Below, one piece after another: positions 55,596 through 64,000 of a stretch of DNA of 64,000 nt. Origin of the DNA: Oopsacas minuta (lineage: Eukaryota > Animalia > Porifera). Position numbers and translations under genes: made by a program. The DNA lies in the NCBI GenBank assembly GCA_024704765.1, contig JAKMXF010000066.1:1237883-1301882 (forward strand), in the 5' to 3' direction. The notes beneath the pieces were generated by a model that was not told the origin of the DNA, did not search any database, and worked only from the letters and a program-made list of their open reading frames with translations. Every line of letters starts with the position of its first letter. Positions within the stretch are counted from its first letter, which is position 1.

Positions 55596-57090
55596 ATGGC
55601 AGAGAAGTTAGTTGACTCAGAAGGCAGAGATGACTTGCTCTACGTAAGGACAGAGGATGGTAGCTACAGAGGATGGAGGGCTGAATTATTGGTTGGAAAC
55701 TTATCTAACAAAGTAGAAGAACAATTATTGCTATGTAACAGCTGTAAAGGATTGTTGAGGGAAGCTTGTATTTGTGAAGGAGAATTTAGATGTAGGATCT
55801 GCATTCCTGAGGGTGTATCATGGCAACCTGTAAATATGAATCGTGCAATTGTTAATGATAAAATGGTAGTTTATTTGTTGTTGTTTACAAGTGTTTATTT
55901 GTATTTACAGATGAGTTATGTATTTGTAGATTTGTTGTCCCCTGAAGAAGAGAGGGTGTAAATGGAGTGACACAGTGAGTACAGCAATACACCACTTGGG
56001 AGAATGTGAGTTCTTTCCTATACTGTGCCCTCTGGGGTGTGTCTGTCTTAAAGGAGAGAGGAAAGGGAAAGTTATGAAACTAGAGAAGAGACGGATTCCA
56101 GAACACCAGAGAGACTCGTGTCCCTTGAGAGAACTCGTGTGTGAATTCTGTGTGAGTAATGTGAAGGCCTGTCAGATGAATCCTCATTTAGAGAACTGTG
56201 AGCACTTTCCAGTTCCTTGTCCTAATGGATGCGTGATAGAAGAAGAGGAAGGGACCAAACGAGTGAAGAGGAGAGATGTTCCTGTCCATCTAGCTGATGA
56301 GTGTCCTCTACAGAAAGTACAGTGTACATATTGGGACCACGGATGTAGAGAAGAGATGGAGAGGAGAGAGATGGATCTTCATGAAAAAGAATTCATGCAT
56401 ATTCACTTCAGGTCAGCCATGACTGAAATGAAATAGAAGGAAATTGAAACATCTAAAGATTGTAAACTATTGCAAGACCTACTGGATACGGCAACTGAGA
56501 AGATTATATTATTGGAAAACGAAAATCAAAGTAAGACAAAACAGCTATCAGAAGTCAAATCCAGAGTAACAAATTTGGAAAATCGTATTTTTGAGAAAGA
56601 TTCAAGAATTGAAGAATTATCCGTGGCACTTTCAACACAACTTTCTACAGGAAAATTGGCATGGAAGATTAATGGTGTTAAACAGAAAATACAGAACAAA
56701 GAGTCTACTCACAGTGATCCATTCTATGCAGGTTTATATAAATGCCTGGGGAAAATTGTATGGAATTATGATAATACAGGTAAAGTAGGTGTATTCATTT
56801 GTATAATGAAAGGAGAATATGATAATAAACTACACTGGCCTATCAAATACAAATATACGTTTGTTCTACTCGATCAGTTTAACAGTAATGATAATTTGAT
56901 TTACTCTGGTCAAATAACTAAGGAATGTTTGGTGAAATGTCCTGAATCCTTTATGAGACCTACTGACCTGACCAATCTAGGTTATGGAAAATTTGCATTC
57001 ATTTCAATCACTGAAATATTAGAAGATAAATATCGTAAAGAAGACAGCATAACTCTTCAAATTACAGTAGAATTGTTACCATTATTATAA
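55596..57090 (+). pseudogene. TRAF-like gene (degenerate RING, zf-TRAF x2, coiled coil, MATH) with one in-frame TAG at 56434-56436; exons 55596-55865 and 55930-57090
   Basis: 64-bp GT-AG intron in phase 0 joins …VNDKM to ICCPLKKRGCKW; zinc fingers CPLRELVCEFC…HLENC and CPLQKVQCTYWDHGC; MATH domain GKLAWKING…DPFY…MKGEYDNKLHWP…GYGKF; the frame continues cleanly after the TAG. Confidence 0.8.
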
Positions 57091-58584
57091 CATTATTAGT
57101 ATTATATTTACTATTTACTCAGAACATATTTACCAGAACCTTAGTGTAATCTAAGTTTACACCCATATGTGTGTCAATTTATAAGAGCCAATATTCAATA
57201 TAGTCTTTATGAGTCAGTTTTAACTGTTCCAATGGGACGTAGGGTGGTAAGAAATTTCTTAAGGTAGATATGAAAGTATGCGTACATAATACTAATACAA
57301 TATCTTATAACAGAGATACATTGGCTAATACTAGCCTATAAGCTAGTTAAATAAGATCTTACTGATGAAATATATCATCACAAGAGTTACAAGAATAGAA
57401 GAAAACTCATAAATGATTGAATTCCTAGGTTATGATAACATGGATATATGCTGCAGCCAATCTACCTTATGGTCAAGCAATAATCATAAGGTGGATTATG
57501 TAAATACGAACAGTGTCACTTAATCCAACTGTCCCCTTTAATACCTTTAGAATCTGATTCACTAGATTACCACAGTACAGTAGAAACCAGTACAGTGGGA
57601 TATTGTCATCCATGGTCACTACTATAACCCTGGAACACGCCAACTTTATCATGAGAAATTTCGATGTTTTTACAGCAACATCCGTCATACTCAATAATTA
57701 TCCAAATTAACATACTCAACAGTATAGATCAAAAAATCAAAATAATAATATAAATAATATGACACTAATAATTGGAGGCACTACAATGTTAAATATAACA
57801 TAATACATATAGTATGTCAAATTCACAGTGAGTAATTATCCAAATCTTGCATAACAATTATAGCATAATTCTAGAATAATTCTAGAATTATAGTTGTAAT
57901 TACAGCAATAATTCTGGCATAATGCGAATTAATTTTCTGGGAAAATTCTAGCATAACTTTTACGTAGTTTAAACAATCGTCAACCTGGCAACACTGATAT
58001 TCCATTAACATCATTTATGTAATAGACATAGCAATATCAATATTCGAATAAAATTACGCTTTGGATCCAATACGTATATCTTACAGATTTATTGTGTGAT
58101 ACATTTAAATAACTTTTAATAACGAAAATATCTTAGTTGTTAAATCCATGGTTGGTTGTATCACACGAATATATTTCCATTTTCCAGATGATAAAATTGT
58201 ATGCTAAACATCATCAAATCACACAAATGAAGCTGTATACTGTATACTGTATTCTAATGTTACATATACACTTAGTCAAGGAAATCTATCAGTGTTCAGT
58301 AATATCAACAAAAGAGATGGTTCAAAAACGCAATGAGAAAACCGAGATTGTAATGAGATTTGGAGAAATTCTCTTTATTGCAGATCTTATCAAAGGCATA
58401 CGACCTGGTCAATATTTCTAACCCGGGGCAAACCTGTGGTAAAATATTATTTTTAATTTTATATTAGACAGTGATGATCCACCCCGGGACTAGGATCTTC
58501 AAATCCGGGCCAAATTCCCATTTTGCCTCCCATAGAATAACCTAGTTTAGTAAATCTATACAAAATAAATAACCTAACGACAAC

Positions 58585-58729
58585 ATGGAAGAAAAGGAAT
58601 TTACATCAAAACAGACATGTCCTACGCTACAATTAAATAATGGACTGCCCATTCCTCAGATAGAATTAGGAACCTATAATATTGATAATTAATCTGTAGC
58701 AGATGTAGTTATGAATGGAAATAAAATTG
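58585..58729 (+). pseudogene. Aldo-keto reductase 5' exon relic
   Basis: MEEKEFTSKQTCPTLQLNNGLPIPQIELGTYNIDN*SVADVVMNGNKIG matches the AKR N-terminus (TL.LNNG..IP.IGLGT…V..A…IG); TAA at 58690, conserved Gly changed to Glu, then a G|GTAAAA donor; no next exon found. Confidence 0.6.
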
Positions 58730-59577
58730 GTAAAAGGCTAAGAGAAATATAGCTGAAAGATCGTATTATTCTAATCAATATAAGTAGAATATTGTATGGA
58801 GATATTTAGCGAGATTTACTTGCAGGATGTAGCATGTTAATGATAATCTGGCCTAAAATACATACAAAATGTATTTATCACGTTTCGGCCGACATGACAC
58901 TCAACAAATGTCACAAAAAATGGGACTGGTTTCTTTGATAATACTACCAAGTCAGACTCAAAACATTGGTTAAGCACATCAATTTCCATATAAGGAGTAT
59001 AAATACGTAACTACAAATATCTTCAAATATGTAAATGAATTGATAGTCTTATTTGTAAATTAGTCTGGAAATTTTGTATTCCCTGTACCACTTTAGTATA
59101 GACAAATGACAGATCGGCCTATAGACAACGATTGATAGTTATTAATATGGAAGTAAAGGTTCTGGTATAATATATGTAACTAGATATTCAAATCGTATAA
59201 TACCAAACTGTATTTCAAGAAGTCTATATGCTTAATTAATATGTTAATCTAAAATACAAATTTGCTTTCATTGTGATTTACAATTTTAATACATATTAAG
59301 ATAAGTGCAATATTGCTTTTTGACTGTTTTCAATCCAAATTTCTTATTACACAACCAATTAACTGTTGGGTCTTTCAACCGATATGTAACGCCATATTAC
59401 TGACGATCTGACATATTTTCCTGTTGCATGCATTTAGACAATTTTAACCTTTTTGAAGCACAAACGATTGGTCAAAATTATCACTATGATAATCTCGTCC
59501 ATTTGAGAGCGTTACTTAAGGTTGAATGACACTTTTACTATGAATTTTCAAATAATTAATATAATTTTAGCTTTGCA

Positions 59578-62500
59578 ATGGATTGCAGTCCAATTCAGTC
59601 AAAGAAGCTTATTAAGAGATGTGTCTCTAGTCATTGTAAATTTAATGATAATTTCCCTAATGGAGCCCCCAATTCATTTAAAGTGTGCCCAATGTGTGGA
59701 GAAAACCTACAGTTTGAAGATGCCGTATCAATTCCAATTTCCAAACCACAATGCGAAATTATATCGAAACCCAAGGAATCCTTGGAAGAAACAAATTCTC
59801 TTTCGTTTCAATCTTCTAGTCTCAAGATAATGTTCAAAACAATCATGTTTCTAGAACATTATAAGTCTATCAATGGTAATCTAACGCTGAGGTTTAATGG
59901 GGTTTCATTTGGTAATTTAAAGGAGGACACCACATGCATGAAACTAACTGAGAGAATCAAATATGGAGAGAGAGATTACATTTTCCTGGAGGGTTGTGTA
60001 ATTATACCTCAAGAAAACATAAGATTTCATTCAAGAAGCTCCTTTGAGATTTCTTACAAATACTTTCTAAACGGTAAAGAAGAAAATCTAGGGCAAGGAG
60101 ATAAATATAACCGCTGCCTCTATATTAGATGGGGAAACTTACAAGATAACATAATTGATAAATACGACACCATGGTATTGCCAAATGAAATAGGAATGTT
60201 AAGTGATATAAAATTAGGGAAAAATTCATTCCACTTATTTGCTAACCATACATATATTAAAGAAAAATTTACCTTTGAAGAACAAGTTTTAACTCTCCAA
60301 ACTATATCACAAGGTATCTTCTCTTCATATTTGGGAGTTAAGGACGACTTCGTTAACCCTGAGGTTGAGTCTGTTACACGATGGATAGTTAGTGAGATAA
60401 AGATAGACAAGTCCTCCGAAAATTTACTAAGATTTTTGATATTTTCATTGCTTTTGGTACGCAAGAGAAAACCTGAAGAAGAATACAAGAAACTTTTGGA
60501 AAAAGTATTAAATACATTCACTTTGCATGATATAGCATATCTAATTGCCAAGAAAATTTTCTTCTTTGAAAACTTTCAAAATAGTGAAAAGACAATTCAA
60601 AATTTGCAAGAATGTTTTGATAATATTATTTTTACAGGCTCTCCTAATGTCTCAAGCAAACACTTAATAACGTTTCTACCATTATACCATTGTATGTTTA
60701 AATTTTCAAATCGATTTGTAATATTCCATAAGCAGCAAGAAATACTCGCTAATGAATACTGGGGCTTCCCAGCCAATATCGATACTAAATGTTGTTACAA
60801 TTTTCAGGATGTGAACTATTGTGAATCGGCTCTAAAAATATTGAGGGATTATGATCCAATTCTACCCTACAGTATTGTATTGATCACAATAAGTAATGAA
60901 AACTTTCAACAATTTTCCTCAAATATTATCAACTATCAGTATTTATTACCAGTTCTTGTATATAGAATAAAATCCTGGCCGAGTGACTATACACCAATGC
61001 AATTGAGGTGTCAGATATACTCATATATGATTTCCAAACTCCATGAAAATCAACAATTTATCACTGAATCAGACCTCTATCTAATGTGTGAATCAATTTT
61101 CTATCTATGGGAATTAGACGATAAATTCATCGATACGGATATTGTATTTTTACACCTAACATTAACAGTAAAAATATTACAAATGCTGGAAGAAATTCAG
61201 CAGAATATTTTATCAACTAACGATTCTGAGTCATTTTTCGTCAATACAAAACATTTCAAATCTTCCTCAGAATTAATTTTGATTCTCATTCAAAAACTTG
61301 ATTCATTTCTCAATATTCGAGATACAATAAATTTTGAGATAATTATCCAACGAATAAATGTATGGGATTCATTGTTTTCACTTGAATTTCCAAACACTTA
61401 TAATTGGCAGCAAGTAGTAGAAAAGCAATTCTTACTGGCAATTCAGGATTTGAGTGATACTATTCAGCTAAAAGTTTTCGTATATTTATCAACAAACCAT
61501 AAGTTCGGAACAAAAATACATTCTTGCTTTAAATTTCGCATCATAGATTTACTAAGTCAGAAACAAGACCACGCCTCACTGGAAATCATTTTGTCAAATC
61601 TTCTACATCTACCTATAACTGCAGAACTGCTCGAAATCCTAAATGTCATTTACAAACAACAAAAAGATACTTTTGAGGAGAATCCAACGTCTCACATTCT
61701 CTCTTGGACACCATGGCAAATACTCTTTAAATTCTCGTTACACGGGATTGAATATAATAGCTATGGAATAACTCAACAAGTGAGACATGCTGAAGATGAG
61801 TTCGTAATTATTCTCCAGTCTCTAAAGCAGTCAAACATTCAAATGAAGAATCTGAGACATCTTAACGAAGGTAGGGAGAGGTTTTTATCTATATTTGACA
61901 CACTCACTTCTAGAAATATAATTCGTCAAGCAGAATTCGATCGAGCTAGTATTGAAGATGTCATTCAAGTTTCTAAGGAAAAATTATACTTTTTTGACGA
62001 GCAAACTGAATTAATCCTCAATTTCATTTGTATCCTCAATTTCTCTACTCACCTCTTAGAGTCACAAGAATTAAAAGATTTCTTGAAAATAGATTTTGAG
62101 GCGCAGCCACTAAACGAAATCTGCAATGGAAATTTGCCCGTTGATTATCGCATTCTCCCAAATTCAATCCTAGCGACTAATCTAAATTTGCCTCATATTC
62201 AAAGAATGCTAAACGCGTCTTTTCATTTGAGAAAATCTAATGTATTTTTGAATATTTTTAAAAGAATAGTATTGCGCAAATACAATTTTAGTCAAGCTAA
62301 GATCCTTGATATTCAGGAAGTTTACGACGAAATTTGGTACCCTGCATACCTGAAATGTGAAGTTATAGTGACAGCTTTGCATAATCGCAAAATTCGTTTA
62401 GTGAATGTTGAAAAACATTTCAGCATTTTTCGAGAAGCTAAAGATAAGATCAAGCATGAAATTTCCTGTCTATCCTCTGCAATTAGTATAATGAAATTGA

Positions 62501-64000
62501 AATTCCGAAATCCTGACGAAGAAATCAATAACTCTGCTAGACTGATATTTAAATATTTCCAACTCCAAGAATCCTCAAAAGTAGCTACCTTAATTTATCA
62601 AGTACATGTACATTACTGTAAAGAAGGAGACTTTGTGCAATTAGATACACTAGTTAACCTACAGAAGGAGCAATTCATTACAGAGAATACCTTGGAAATC
62701 ATTACAGTAGAGTTAGAAACGATATTTGCACAAGTAAATAAGTTCGATTCTTTCGCTGAATCTCTTCTCAAAACTTTTCTTAATCACCCAAATTTCATTC
62801 TTTGGGCGAGAGCTACATTGAAAGATACACAGCAAGTGAAAGTTTTCGTAGATTTAGCACTAACATCTTGCGACGTAACCGACTTCGATATCAACTGCAT
62901 TACATGCCTGCGTTCAGTCTGTAATACTTTAGCTCCCCTAATATTCGACATGAGCCCAAATTGTAATTACGATCAATTCATAAACCTTTTCAATCAAGTG
63001 ATTGATCAAATAGTGGATAAAAAAGGGTTTTTGAAAACTTTCAATGAAGCTGCTAACTTGCTCCATATTTGGAAACATTTAGAGCTTGCCCATAGTTCAG
63101 TGGGTAAAAGTACAATTCAGGAGCTCACAGACATCTTCGAAGTGGGATATTTTGAGGTTAACCTTGACAACAATGGTGGTGATGGAAATATCCACCTTTA
63201 CATACAACATTCACCTATTAGTCGGGTATATAACTTGGAAAATTTGAAAGATCTTCAGAGTAAAATTGCATTGATAAAAGCAGAATCAAATGCTACGCAA
63301 CATATAAAATTATTCACATCAATTTTCGGATATATCACTGAAATAAGCCTGATGGTTGAAAAATTGAAGTATCTTGGCCATATTTCGTATGTTAATTATG
63401 TTAAGCAATTTAAATGCCAGGCTGAAGCTATCCCAATACTTAAAAGTGAGATTGAGTTGGGAAATGCAGAACTAAACACCTGGAGTGTCACTTTAGATTT
63501 TGCACGCAACAAATTCTATTCCCTTAACTTCTTCACTGATTTACAAATTTTAATTCTACGAAGAGATTTGAGTTTGTTTCAGAGAGAAACTATCCTCAAT
63601 CCTCAAATCATTCATCTTCTTTCTATGTTAAACCCTAATGTTACAAAGCAAGAAATTTCGAGAGGACTAGCAACTATTTCAGATTCACTTCCAAGTGAAC
63701 AATCAGAAAGTCGACCAATGGCAGACAGTTTACACGAAGAGATAGTTGACAATAGTGGATTCCCCGAATCTTTTCCTGATACTTTCAATGAGACCGATAG
63801 GCAATTTTGTCAATCTATTTGTGTAGAGGGATATTTGGATTTAACATTATGTATTATTGGAATTCAACAATTGAAACGCGATTCAAATGATTACGATGAA
63901 ACGGACCTCCTAGAATTTTGTTTGAACAGTACAGAGTTGATTGGAGGTAGTAATGAAGAGATTGAGGTTGATACTACTAGCAGTGTAGATTCAAATTTGG
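59578..64000 (+). CDS. RNF213: RNF213 (mysterin)-like giant AAA+/E3 protein, N-terminal part; the ORF runs off the window end
   Basis: Hand translation shows an open frame from ATG 59578 to 64000 (1474 codons, no stop). RNF213-like blocks: LKDTQQVKVFVDLA…FDINCITCL…LAPLIF, YNLENLKDLQSKIALI, RNKFYSLNFFTDLQILIL. The AAA and RING domains lie beyond the window. Confidence 0.8.
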   Translation, partial: MDCSPIQSKKLIKRCVSSHCKFNDNFPNGAPNSFKVCPMCGENLQFEDAVSIPISKPQCEIISKPKESLEETNSLSFQSSSLKIMFKTIMFLEHYKSINGNLTLRFNGVSFGNLKEDTTCMKLTERIKYGERDYIFLEGCVIIPQENIRFHSRSSFEISYKYFLNGKEENLGQGDKYNRCLYIRWGNLQDNIIDKYDTMVLPNEIGMLSDIKLGKNSFHLFANHTYIKEKFTFEEQVLTLQTISQGIFSSYLGVKDDFVNPEVESVTRWIVSEIKIDKSSENLLRFLIFSLLLVRKRKPEEEYKKLLEKVLNTFTLHDIAYLIAKKIFFFENFQNSEKTIQNLQECFDNIIFTGSPNVSSKHLITFLPLYHCMFKFSNRFVIFHKQQEILANEYWGFPANIDTKCCYNFQDVNYCESALKILRDYDPILPYSIVLITISNENFQQFSSNIINYQYLLPVLVYRIKSWPSDYTPMQLRCQIYSYMISKLHENQQFITESDLYLMCESIFYLWELDDKFIDTDIVFLHLTLTVKILQMLEEIQQNILSTNDSESFFVNTKHFKSSSELILILIQKLDSFLNIRDTINFEIIIQRINVWDSLFSLEFPNTYNWQQVVEKQFLLAIQDLSDTIQLKVFVYLSTNHKFGTKIHSCFKFRIIDLLSQKQDHASLEIILSNLLHLPITAELLEILNVIYKQQKDTFEENPTSHILSWTPWQILFKFSLHGIEYNSYGITQQVRHAEDEFVIILQSLKQSNIQMKNLRHLNEGRERFLSIFDTLTSRNIIRQAEFDRASIEDVIQVSKEKLYFFDEQTELILNFICILNFSTHLLESQELKDFLKIDFEAQPLNEICNGNLPVDYRILPNSILATNLNLPHIQRMLNASFHLRKSNVFLNIFKRIVLRKYNFSQAKILDIQEVYDEIWYPAYLKCEVIVTALHNRKIRLVNVEKHFSIFREAKDKIKHEISCLSSAISIMKLKFRNPDEEINNSARLIFKYFQLQESSKVATLIYQVHVHYCKEGDFVQLDTLVNLQKEQFITENTLEIITVELETIFAQVNKFDSFAESLLKTFLNHPNFILWARATLKDTQQVKVFVDLALTSCDVTDFDINCITCLRSVCNTLAPLIFDMSPNCNYDQFINLFNQVIDQIVDKKGFLKTFNEAANLLHIWKHLELAHSSVGKSTIQELTDIFEVGYFEVNLDNNGGDGNIHLYIQHSPISRVYNLENLKDLQSKIALIKAESNATQHIKLFTSIFGYITEISLMVEKLKYLGHISYVNYVKQFKCQAEAIPILKSEIELGNAELNTWSVTLDFARNKFYSLNFFTDLQILILRRDLSLFQRETILNPQIIHLLSMLNPNVTKQEISRGLATISDSLPSEQSESRPMADSLHEEIVDNSGFPESFPDTFNETDRQFCQSICVEGYLDLTLCIIGIQQLKRDSNDYDETDLLEFCLNSTELIGGSNEEIEVDTTSSVDSNL

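Noticed and set aside
56412-56436. 25-nt GT…AG spanning the TRAF stop codon
   Set aside because: Too short, and its removal shifts the frame
57855-57960. Short TAATTCTAG/GCATAA repeats
   Set aside because: Low-complexity; element boundaries could not be defined

Overview
AT-rich (about two-thirds A+T), gene-dense eukaryotic (animal) DNA. Very long intronless exons, the TRAF/RNF213/ankyrin content and small GT-AG introns suggest a sponge, possibly a glass sponge (Hexactinellida); this is inference only. Conserved genes are SMIM14, HDAC8, DDX27, frataxin, a U1A/U2B'' family snRNP protein, a BTB-BACK-kelch protein and an OSER1-like gene. There is also a TRAF-like gene with one in-frame TAG, an aldo-keto reductase relic, and the 5' part of an RNF213-like giant that runs off the window end and is absent from the ORF track. 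The dominant feature is a 22.7-kb minus-strand locus (27339 to 4673). Its three consecutive ORFs together read as one ~7,300-aa ankyrin super-repeat protein ending in a TRPA-like channel domain. A ~590-aa module containing an unrecognised non-ankyrin spacer recurs 9-10 times, and the register is kept across a frameshift and across a stop plus intron-like spacer. A five-exon gene (42451-52647) encodes a FAK-type FAT domain with no kinase or FERM domain. Many MITEs (Tc1/pogo-like with TA duplication, hAT-like with 8-bp duplication) are present, several just upstream of start codons. Most start codons are preceded by an apparently unpaired splice acceptor, which hints at spliced-leader trans-splicing. 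No rRNA, tRNA or CRISPR array was found.
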